A DNA stretch of 64,000 nt, from NCBI RefSeq assembly GCF_009914755.1, contig NC_060938.1, one strand, 5' to 3'. Of the stretch, positions 29,655 through 58,610 are shown one piece after another. Position numbers and translations under genes: made by a program. The stretch's first letter is position 1. The number at the start of each line of letters is the position of its first letter. This stretch comes from the human T2T-CHM13v2.0 reference genome, Homo sapiens. The notes beneath the pieces are model-generated. The model was not told the DNA's origin. It saw nothing but the letters and a program-made list of their open reading frames with translations, and did not search any database.

Positions 29655-31191
29655 TAGCCAGGCTCTCTCAACTTCAGTTCCTCATCTGTAAATGAGAACA
29701 GCAAGCCTATCCTCGTGAAATTATTCTGAAAATAAAATGATATAGAACAAGAAGTACTTAAAGCATAGCACACACTGAGCACTCATTATCTGTTAACTTC
29801 CTTACTTCCCCTTGAATTGTTTATTTTTTTAACCCAATGCCATTTTCTTTTGACCTGCCTCTTTCAGAGTAGGTTAGAGTTTGTCACCCCCAAATTCATG
29901 TAAGATCAGCTATATTACAGAATTTTTTTTTTAATATCAAACTCTCAACTTAGTTGGAAAATATAAAGACATTCAATCTGTTTTGTTCTACCTTCTGAGC
30001 TGGTATAAATATTGAGAATTTACTTGGAACTATTTTTAAAGTGCTGTGGCACAGTGCACATATAGCTGAGTTAGAAGCACATAAAAGGAGCAAATAAATG
30101 TATATTTTTAAAAACTGAGAGCAGGACAGTATAGTATAATTCAAATGAAGGATCTCTATGAAAAACAATCTGGGCAATCCCCCAGAGAGAAAGATTTTTC
30201 TATGAACATACTCTCCATAGAAAGATTTAACACTGCAATCTGGGATTGAGGATTTTGCTATGCTTTGGGCCCATAATTCCCAGCTGAGCAGGTGGTCCTA
30301 GGTTGTTAATATGGTCTGCAGTACACAGTTTCTGCTGAGACTGCTTTTTTGTCTTTGCTTTTGTCATAATTTTGAAATACTAAGCTCTCTGCAGTAGAGT
30401 CCTCCTCCAATCATGACAGCCCTAAGAAATAATTTTCCATGATTTGGTATCTCCCTGAGCCTAGAAAACATCCTTGGAATGTTTGCTGTGTCCCCTTCCT
30501 AAGTACACACCATGACTCATCTAGAAAAAAAGAACTTCAGAAATCTAGAGTAAGCAATCAGAAGACATGACCTTTCCAGAAGGCTCTATCAGGAAGCCCA
30601 AGGGTTACTCATATTTGCAAGCGTGAGAAGGTCAATGTTGGTGGGTCAGTTTTCTACCTGCATTCAAGGTTATCCACTGGTAACAGTTCATTTTAACTAG
30701 CAATAGCTGTTATCCATTGCTCAGATAACTCATCTGCTGTCCCTGCTCCCAGATGGTACAGCTGCTCTCTTCTCTGGATTTTTGCAGCACTTTGTTCAAA
30801 CCTATAGCGAGGCCCTAAATGGGCTGTATTTTAACTGTTATGTTTACGTATTCTCCCCTACTAGACTGTACATGTCTTGAAGGCAGAAGCCACACTTTTG
30901 GGTTTTTTTTTTTAATTGAGATAGGGTCTTGCTATGTTGCCCATGCTGGTCTCAAATTCTTGAGCTCAAGCAATCGCCCACCTCGCCTTCCGAAAGTGCT
31001 GGGATTATAGGCATGAACCACCACGCCCAGCCAACAATATTGTTTATATTCCCAACAACAAGACATTGGCTGGCACATAGAAGGGGAGGGAGGAAGGGAG
31101 GAAGAGGATAACTCAAGTCTTAATCAGGTGTCTAATGAGTTAAATTGTATTAAAATAACAGAACAAAGTGGTTCTTAAAAGTTTTTCACTG

Positions 31192-31570
<379 letters not shown>

Positions 31571-32779
31571 TTAGGTAACATATTATAAGTAAATGACTAA
31601 TTCATGTCAGAAAAGGAAGTATAGTCACTTCCACATTATTGCATCCACTTTGCACATAGATGCTCTAACTCTTATACTAGATTTCTGCTGGTTAGTATAA
31701 AAATGACAGCTTTCCAAGTGGTGACAGGAAGAGGTTGGTCCTAGGATATCCTTCCCCCAAATAGGATGAGATCTCCTAAGGTTCTCTTTTCTCTACCACC
31801 CAGAACATTACATTTTGCAATGCAAAGGCAAAGATTGCATGCATTCATCAGTAAGCTACATGGGATACCGGAAGGAGTACGGGGCCAAGAACACCGCTAG
31901 ACTAGGGCACTTCACTGCAAACACTTAACTATGTGGCCAGGGAAGGCCAATGGATTGTTCTAGGCCTCTGTTGTCTCATATATAAAGTAACAGTGTTGAC
32001 ATACGGTATGGAAAACAGCCATATATTTATTAAAGCTTTAGAACTCTGCTTGGGAGGGAGCGATTTAGGGGAGGGCGTACCATATGTGATGAAGGCCAAG
32101 CAGAGAGGGCTTTTCAATTTCTGTCCATCAAAAAAAACTCCAATTCTACTTCTGCTTTATATACCAAGATTCTTTTTGTAAGAGTTTGTTTGGGAGAAGG
32201 GAGAAAGAACTCTACTGCTAAAAAAGTGAAAATGGCAAATGAACCAAGCAGCATCCCATCTTATATTTTAAAGTCTTCTCCCAAGTTAACCCAATTTCCC
32301 CATTTATTTCTACTTTAAGGCACATATTAGCAAATGCCCACAGTCATTCATTCAACATACACTGGATGCTATCAAATTTAAGTGCTATGAAAACAATGGT
32401 CCAGCATTAAAAGTCATCTGAGATCAAAATCAGAAAAAAATTAACTAACAAATCTAAAGGCAAAACCTACCATTTATGTCTCTTCCAAAATCTCCGAGTT
32501 ATTTTCGTGGAGTTATTGGTACAGAAATTATTGTACTAGCTACAAACATTAATTTTCTATTACCTTAATGATTTGAAGAACAGAAAGACAAGGCAATGAC
32601 CAAGAGCAGTAGCACTGATGAATTATGATGATATTAATGCATACTTTGCAGACCAATGGAAAATTCTGCAAATGTCAATAGCAGTATGGGAGCCTGGCCA
32701 ACCATGATCAAAACCAGTCCCATCCAATTTCTCTTCCTAAAATCAACATTATAGGACAAGGACTATGATCATCACTTAC

Positions 32780-47120
<14,341 letters not shown>

Positions 47121-47917
47121 ATCAATGAGCTGGGGACGTGTACTCTTTCTGTTCTGTTTCCGCCCGTCAGCTCGGTGACGCCCACAGTTGCTCTGGCAAC
47201 AAGACACACTGGGAGGAAGAGGGGAATAAGCTTTACTGGGGACCGCGTAGCTAACCAGAGGTATCCGGCTCTCTCTGGTCCTTCTGAGTCCTGGAAGATT
47301 TAACGGTTTGCATCTACTTTGAGGCAATGCCTGGCGTTCCTGGGGTTTGATACCAGCCTGACCCTAATTCTGTTAAGGGCGCTGTCTGCAGATGTCTGTC
47401 ACAGATCATTGGAACAAGTCAAGTTCATCCGCAGTGAGACCCGGCGCGGCCAATCACTGCACAGGCCCCAGTTTAGACTTAATTACTTGGGGGAGTGAGT
47501 GGGTGTGGTGAGGGGCGGGAGGCAGGGAGGAAGCCTGACCTCAGCAGGGTTCTGAACTGGAACTCGGGATCTGGCCCTGCAATGCCAACATTTATTGGGC
47601 GCCTCCTTGGGGCCTGACGTTGTACTAACTTGTAGGGACTCTCACGTGAATCAGATATATTTGCAGCCTTAAAAGAGCTGGTGAAGGGAGGGACAGCTGT
47701 CGAATGTCGTGCAAAAAGCATATGGTCAAGTTTAGCAGCTCTCTTTCCGCAAGCTGGTATCTTGAACCTGGTGTAATATCCCGGGATGTCAGCGTCGAAA
47801 GGCCCGAAAGAGCATGCCTGGTTCAACCCTACTCTCTCCAACTCATTTTGCAGAAGAAACTGAAATGGTTTCAGGTTTTGTATTTTAACAAGTGGGATTA
47901 TTTTGAGGGTTTTAACT

Positions 47918-48706
<789 letters not shown>

Positions 48707-50720
48707 CCTTTTCACTTTTTATTTGCCTTTAGACTGGAAACTCTACACGCATTAACTAACGGATGTATTATCAGTGGTGATCAAAGCCTTACTTAAGTTC
48801 TAGAAAGAAGAGAAATAACCTAAGAAACCTTTAGAGTCTATTTGAATAGATAGATTTATATTCATACCCGTGGAGATTTGTGCAGCTATATGAACATAAG
48901 TTCAGCCTAAACCTATGTTGCTGAGAAAGAAAAAAAAAGAGTGGATAACAAGCTGGTTCTTATTTCAATATAATATGGCAGGAAGCATCAATTTCTCTGA
49001 CAAGTTGAACCTTTCTCTCTGCCTCATCAACAAGTAGGAGGGTAGCTTCCTCACGAATATTCAACTTCAAACTTTACAGGCTAGGCTGATGCTTTTTAAT
49101 CATTCAGGTGTGGATTCTTCAGGGAGTTTCTGTTCCATCAGCCAGGCTCCTTCCAGTGTTTTCTCCCTTATGTTTTGTCTGCCTTTGATCCATGTCAACT
49201 ATCATCATTAAGATCTCCCCAGGAACTCTCACAGGAGAGAAGAAGAGATGAAAAACACCAAATGGACTTATTGAATGCATTTGTTTCTGAGACCTGCTAG
49301 TCACACCAATATACTACACTAGGGCTTTTCTGAACTACTTAAAACAGCAAGAAAAGGCCTACTTCTCTATTCAGTTTATGATTCTATAATCATTGAAACA
49401 TTTTTAACTGATCTGTCAATAGGAAATTGCTAACACTAGTGTTGATTTCAATTAGTTTAAATCAGAATATTAATATAGTTTAAAATTCTTGTCCAGAGTA
49501 GTGGATAAGAGTGCAAGCTCTAGAATCAGACAGTCCTAGGTTTGAACCTTGATTCTGCTGTTTACTAGTTGTCTAATCTGGAACAAGTTACTCAGTCTGA
49601 CAGTCTCATTTTCCTTTTCTATAAAACAGAAATAACAATACCTGGCTCATTGAAATTATGTGAGGATTAAATGAGATAATGTTAAGCATTAAGCTGTTAG
49701 CATAGTGTTTGGCAGACAGTAAATGTTCAGTAAATGTTTGCTCTTATTAACTATCATTAATCCTAGTAATTAACCATGTCTGCTTCTCCTAGTTCTCTGA
49801 ATGATTAAAAGTTAGCCAAACTACAGCGCCCCCAATAATTTGGGTATGCAAAAGATAGCACTGGAGGGACTGCAACTCAAATGGCTCTTAAAGGGCAGAT
49901 CTAATTTATAAGCTGAAACTGAAGTCAGAGTATACTTTAGGGGTTTCATTACATAAAACAATGGAAGAGTGGAGGAGCAAGAGGGTTCCCTTAAGGGCAA
50001 AGTCCATGATTTTACATCATACATCCTCTACAAAAAGAAATCACATTATTTACCAAAAGAAACACAAATCCTCCAAAGTTTGAGTAGACAATAACTCTTC
50101 TAAAGGAAATCTCCGCATGGAAAAGAATGTCTTTTCCATTTCCTTTCCCTTGCATTGTCACGTTTGCCTTAAGATTCCCCTCTTTGCTTCTGTTAACTGC
50201 TATTGCATATATAATCTCTACCTTCTAAACTTTGGCCCCAGTGTGACCAAAACCCCCTCTCCTTGTTTCCTAATAGAACAGATAAAATAGGTTATTATTT
50301 TCAGAAATAAAAATTTAAGGAGAATCAAGTTGCAAACAGCACAAAGTCAAATTTTTAAAGTATCAAGTTTCTGATCAAGTCCTAGTAAAGCAGTAAATAT
50401 CTTCAGTGAACCCATATCCCTTCATCCTTTCAGTTTCTGATGAAGTGGAACAACTTTTCAGCTCCTTTGTCTGGTTTCCCTCCCTCCTAGCTGTTTGGGA
50501 GTCTCAAAAAAGCCTCAGTTTTGCCCCCTTGCTGGCACCCGAAAGTGAGTCCACTATATTGTCCTTTCCAAGAGCAGATCACTCACCACAACATGGGGCT
50601 GAAATCATCAGTGCCTGAGCAACAGTGTGCAATAGAATTTTCTGTGACAATGTCTCTGCACTGCCCAGTATAGTAACTGCTAGACATATGTGGCTATTGA
50701 GCACTTAAACTAGTTAGTGT

Positions 50721-51323
50721 TGTAACCCAAATGCAGGTTCACTCTCTCGCTGCTTGCAGAGTCCACTTAACAAGAGTGAGATCTGGTATAAAGAAAATGA
50801 TATTTTATTCCAAAGCTACCTTAGGGGAGGAAGTACTGGTTTTCTGCCTTAAGGGTACCATTTCACTTTTGGAGCAGAAAGAGGGTGCTTTTGAAATGGG
50901 GCATGGAATGCTGGCATGAATGGCACGAGGGGAGGAAGCGAGTGGTTGGGGGGTCTGCATACTACCTTCAGTGCCTTATCTACTGGACAGTGACTGCTGG
51001 TGCCTTTTGTGGGCAGGACTGGGTTGTAAAAGTGGCCAAAACTCTCCAGGTAAGAGAAAGCTTTGTAGCAGGCATACTTTGGGTTGTAGATAGGCTGTTG
51101 TCTCTCAAGGCAACCTCCCGGTGGGTGAGAGTTCCTCTCTGGAGCTTCTAAGCACATAGTTAGATGAACCTGCCCCATAGGGAGTGTCTGATAAAGAGGA
51201 GGTAAAAGGCTACAATTGCATTTCTAAAGAGCTAAGGAGGAAGTGAGGAGAAGGGGGAAAAGAAGAGAGATTTTTTAAAAATCATTAAACTATCTCTTAG
51301 AAAAATGGGGATACTTGGTTACA
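50721..51323 (-). mobile_element. ERV1-class solo LTR nested in a MER3 element
   Basis: TGTAACC...GGTTACA termini, 4-bp TSD GTGT, minus-strand AATAAA near 50803; MER3 halves at ~50615-50720 and ~51324-51405. Confidence 0.8.
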
Positions 51324-51594
51324 GTGTGACTAAGGAAATTTTATTTGGCTTTTATTTAAATCTAAGTAGCCACTTGTGGCTAGTGGCTGTCATTGGACAG
51401 AACAACTTATGAGCTATTCCACTCATTTCTATGTTCAGTCAAAGAGATATACCTTGTTCACAGTTTATTCAAATGGCAGTGATACCCATTTGAAACAAGA
51501 ATAATCTATAGCTGCCAGGCCTGAGCTATCAGTTTATCAGCTCCACCTACTTTTGGAATACTCAGTGATGACTTACAGTCATAGAAAGAGGGTT

Positions 51595-52271
51595 TGTAAC
51601 CTCCCAAGGAGTTCACCTTGCCCGCTGCCTAGACAGAGCTGGTTCATCAAGACTGGGCAATTAGAATGGAGAAAGAGTAATTCATACACAGCCAGCTGTG
51701 CAGGAGAACGGAATTTTATTATTACTCAAATCAGTCTCCCCAAGCATTCGGGGATCAGAGTTTTTAAGGACAACTTGGTTGGGGAAGCCAGTGAGCCACG
51801 AGTCCTGATGGTCGGGGATGAAATCATAAGGAGTCAAAGCTGTCTTCTTGCCCTGAGTTCCTGGGTGGGGGGCGCTGCAAGATCAGATGAGCCAGTTCAT
51901 CAATCTGAGTGGTACCAGCTGATCCATCAAGTGCAGGGGTCACCAAATATCTCAAGCACTGATCTTAGGAGCAGTCTAGGGAGGGTCAGAATCTTGTAGC
52001 CTCCAGCTGCATGACTCCCAAACCATAATTTCCAATCTTATGGCTAATGTTAGTGTTACAAAGGCAATCTAGTCTCCAGGCAACAAGGAAGTCAGCCCCG
52101 GGAAAGGGCTGTTATCTGTCACAAACCACAAACTATAAACTAAGTTTCTCCCAAAGTTAGTTCAGCCTATGCCCAGGAATGAACAAGGACAACCTGGTTA
52201 GAAGCGAGATGGAGTCAGTTAAGTTAGATCTCTTTCACTGTCTCAGTCATAATTTTGCAAAGATGGTTTCA
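51595..52271 (-). mobile_element. LTR8-like ERV1 solo LTR
   Basis: Minus strand begins TGAAACCATCTTTGCAAAATTATGACTGAGACAGTGAAAGAGATCTAACTTAAC (LTR8 5' end); flanks GGTT/GATT. Confidence 0.82.
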
Positions 52272-53247
52272 GATTTGTCAAATTAATTTCCATCCACACT
52301 TGTTGGAGTCTCATACTTGCTCATGGTGTGCTTTGTCCTGATGATAAGGAGAAAAAAAATAACTTACATTTTCTCCCCAGAGGCCTGCCTTAGAGTAGGC
52401 TCCGAGAGTCCTCTTTACTCTGTGTAATTCTAGCGGATCCATCCTGATCCTGAGATACATCAGCACTGGGGATACCTTAAAAACTGTGGTAACTTTGGTT
52501 ATTAAAGGCATTTTCCATCCATTCAAGTTTCCTACTTCCAAGAAACCTCTACTTTAAAGCTGATTTCGCACATGAAAACAAAATACAAACACTTCTCTGC
52601 ACTCCTGAGAAATGGTCTAGAGAGATCTAATACCAGTTCATGTGTAGTCGTCCTTGCCTAAAAAAATCTCACAACTTACAGGTTTTCAGAAAAGTGGGAG
52701 ATTTTATTGTCCTGTCTGGGAGTGATACAGTATGGAATTTTCTATTTGGTACAATTTAGAATGTAGCTCCCAAAGCCTTTGACACTTAGTATATTGTTTC
52801 ATAGGTAATTGTTTATGCTTCTGCCTCTTCACTAGACTTTTCTTCATTTACCCAACAAATATTGAGTGCCTACTCTGCCACACTTTGTTCTAGGTGTTGG
52901 GAGCACAGCAGATAACAAGACAGAGAGGGTCCCCCAGGAAATTTATTCTCTAGTGGAAGGAAACTGATAATAAATGAGTAAAAACAATGCAAGATAATTT
53001 CAGATAATGTTATGTGTTATGAAGAAAATAAAAATAGGGTAATGTGACAGAGTGATGGGGGGCTCTCTTTAGATCCTGTGGTCAAGAAATGCCTCAGATG
53101 AGGGGAAGTTTGAGCTGAGCTCTGAATACAAAGTTATCAGCTCTGCAAAGCCAAGAACAGCCTAGGGTAGCAACAGATAGAAAGTCTGTGTTTACCACTA
53201 GAGCAGGTTGTTTATTTCCTTTTGATAATTGCTTTTATTTATTTTTT

Positions 53248-55079
<1,832 letters not shown>

Positions 55080-55411
55080 TAACTAAGGGGATGATCTGAA
55101 ATCTGACAGTTCCAGGGAGGTCAGGCCCTGTTTACCGGTACAAGCAAATTCAGCAGCCAGCCTCAAGATTTAGCTCCTCTGCTGAGCAAACTGAAGTGCA
55201 CTCAGGACCTCTGGGCCAAGCCAGCCTTATCTCCCTGTCCCCGCATTTACATACCGAAAGGAGACCTAGCCTTATTGGTGAGTCCTTCAACTGTTATCCT
55301 CCAAACTGAGGGTGACCTGGAGTTGAGCTATATTTTCCCTGGAAAATAGGTTGGGGTCAGAGTCAACATCAGAGCAGAGATATGCCCATTTTGGCAGATG
55401 TCATATAGGTT

Positions 55412-55562
55412 TAGGTTTGCCAGAGAAAATACAGGATGCCTACTTATGTCCCAAATACTGCATGGCCCATACTTATTCTAAAAAAGTATTTGCTTTATTT
55501 AAATCTGGAATTTACATTTAACTAGGTGTCCTGTATTTTAGTTTCGAAATCTGGCATCCAGG
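55412..55562. mobile_element. MER53-like palindromic hAT MITE, internally deleted
   Basis: TAGGTTTGCCAGAGAAAATACAGGATGCC ... GGTGTCCTGTATTTTA...ATCTGGCATCC inverted arms. Confidence 0.72.
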
Positions 55563-55889
55563 CCCTTTGTAGGAGCATTCAACCAATGGCGTTGTCTCCA
55601 CAAACATTTAAGCCTCTTACTAGAAGGAACATTAACAAGGGTCGATTTCAGGAGGACACAGTTACAATGGGAAGCCCAAAGAGTGGGTGCGAGCGTGCAG
55701 GCGTAGTTCTACCACTTTTTAGTTATGAGAGAAGGGAGGGCTGTCGGAGCTCCTGCAAGGACTCCCCCAAATGTGTGACCAGGATTACTGTCCCATTCTG
55801 AGACCGTCAGAGACATCTCTGCCGGGACACATGCCAGTGATTGAAAACACAGCAAGGGCCCCACTAGCTGAAACCAAGTTGCAGAGTTT

Positions 55890-56480
55890 TGAGGGTCCCA
55901 CCGCCGACCGCCGGCCCGCCGCGAGCCCTGCCCCCTGCGCGGCCACGCCCCCTTGCTCCCCGCGGCCTCCCGGGTCAGCTGGTGCTGGCGTCAGGCGCTG
56001 GGCGGGCTCGCCAGGACCTGGCAAGGCTTGTTTACTATGGCCGATGATCTGGAGCAGCAGTGAGTTAATCCTGTCCCTTTCTCTCTTTCTCTCTCTCTCT
56101 CTGGGCCATGATCCTGGGACTGTCTGTGGCTGAGGAACAGTTGTAGACACCTTCCCGCTCTTCCTTTTCCAGGTCGGCCTCCGGGGAGGGCGGGGGGTGG
56201 GTGCGTTGCTTGCTTTGCATTTGCCCAGAAGAGGCAGCGGCTGAGCCTGGGGAGCCATGGGAGACGCGCTCGCCCGCAGCCCGGGGATCCTGGCTTTCTA
56301 CCTTAGTCCTCGCGAGTGCCCCTCATTCTCCTCTGGCCTCTGGAGAGATTCCATGTTGATGTGTGAGATCCCCGAAAGCAAGCTTGTGGGACGCGGGTGC
56401 GGAGGTAGCAGCCAGGCGTGCTCGTCTCGACTTGCCCCCCAGAACGGCAGTCGTGGGGATGGAGAGAGCCTCCTCCCTCC
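55890..56480 (+). promoter_or_regulatory. ABHD4 CpG-island promoter and first-exon region
   Basis: High CpG density, KLF/Sp motif GCCACGCCC at 55942-55950, GC boxes, directly upstream of ATG 56037. Confidence 0.85.
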
Positions 56481-58557
56481 GCCCGGCAAAGAGAAGATGT
56501 GGAGAGACTGGAGAGGTCTCCATCGCGCTGAAATTGGTGTGGAACAACGGGCTTGCAAGTTTCTTTAGCTGTCGCCCACCGAGACACGTAGCCGCATGTG
56601 ATCCTAGTTGATAATGCTTTTAATAATCGTAACAACATCTTTAATGCAATGGTTTCAGATTTAGAGCTATTGGGATTTGCTACCACTCTTTCAAGGGCAT
56701 CAGGTTTGGGATACCACCTGTAGGTGGTGTGACTAGCAGTTCGCAATCTGACAGGAGTAAGAAAAAGTTGCTACGAGAAGAATGACTCAGCTCCCAGCCG
56801 AGCCTTGGTTTCACCAGAACTGGGCCTTTCCTGGACCCAGTAATCCTGTTTTTCAGACCTGTAGAACTGGAAGTCCGGGGAACTAATTAACTTTATGACC
56901 ATAATTAATAGCTTGCTGGGCTTGAAAGAAATGTCCAGGGGAATGTTTTACTTTCTAAGATGACTTTTCCAAGAGGAAATTTGCAATGCTTTAAAGGACT
57001 TAGGGAGGCAGAATATTAGAGCTGGAGGACATGCAGGTAGTTCAGCTCCTTTTTAAAAATGAAGAAGCTGGTGTCCATAGAAATTAGGAGACTTGCCCAA
57101 GATCACAGAGGTCTAGAACAGGATTCTCTCCCAGCACAGAACCCCTTGTGCTTCACCCCCATCAAGTTGACAGAGACCGTCCTAGCCAGGTTAAGTTCAT
57201 GGCTGAATGTCTTTTCTGCTCCTTGCCTCAATTTCCCACCCCAGCCCTTACCTCCCGCATAGTTTTGAGCACATACAGTGTGCCAGGCACCATTTCCAGT
57301 GTTTACTTGTAACATTTTTGGTGAAGAAGGAAAGCAAAGTAATTCTCCCACCAAGGACTCTCTGCTGAGCAGTCTATGATGCTGTTCCTTGGGTAGCGTT
57401 TCTCCTGAACTCTGCTTTGTACAGTAACAGGACAATGTGGGATCCAGGTGTTATGATCTGACTTGTCACAGTCTGTGATTTAGAGAGAAAATTTGTCTCT
57501 TAAGGCTGACAAAATCCTGTGGTCTTGGTCCCCGTGCTTCAAGCCTACAAGGAATTCCAGTAGAATATTAAAAGGATTCTGAGTCTCCCTAGGATTAGAT
57601 CGATTGATATTGACAACTCTCATCTGGCTAAAACCATTGATGTATCACTCCCAGCTGCAACCCCAGTTTTTCTTTCAAACTTCAAACATCCACTGAGAGT
57701 TGCTACTTGCAAAACACTGGGAATGTAGACAACTTATGATTTAGCTGGGGGGAAAGAAAGTTGATTGGGAGTTTGTGCTAGGCAATATTCTATGTGCTTT
57801 AGATGCATTAACACTTTTAATCTTTATAGCAACCCTATGAGGTAGATATTATTACCTCCCTTTTAAAGATGAGGAAGCTCTGACACAGAAAAGCTAAATA
57901 ATGTGCCCACAGTCACATTGCTGGTAAGTGACAGTGCTAAAATTGGAACTCTGGCCTTCAGAGTTTAGATCACACCTCCCTTGAGAAAACAGACATAAAT
58001 GTAAAAATGTGGTTATGTTCTGTGAATATTTGTACATGACCTTGAAAAGCTGAGGCTGGAAGGTTCAGGGAGAGAAACCTGGATTTGAGATAAGGGGCTC
58101 TAGTTCTGGTTCTTTTTTTCTAACTTGTATGACCTCTTTGGGCATCAGTTTGCTCATCTGTAAAATACAGAGGCTAGACTAGTTGATTCCTAAGGAAACA
58201 TCCTAATCTAAAATTCTGTGCTTCAAATGATGTATCAGGATGCCCAGTGTGGGCCAAGGGGATTTGGTAATGGTTCCCCTCACTCCCCCTTAGAGTGCCC
58301 TACCTTGAATATGCCAGTGTTCACAGGCCCTTCCTATAGCTGTAGATATCTGTCCTGTAACTCAGGCAGAGTTCAAGAAAAGAGAAATATCATATGGGGT
58401 TAACAAGGAATAATACAAACTGTCATTCATTGAGCATCTCATTTGTACTGGGCATCTTACAAGTGTCCTTACATATACAGATGCTCAAAGACAGGTTATT
58501 TAATGGGCCAAAACCATTCTACTCATCAATGATAACACTATGATTCACGTCCAGCAG

Positions 58558-58610
<53 letters not shown>

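Noticed and set aside
55440-55485. miR-1302-like sequence in the MER53 element
   Set aside because: The seed-equivalent region is altered (ATGGCCCATAC versus TTGGGACATAC) and the opposite arm is partly deleted, so the hairpin is not intact.
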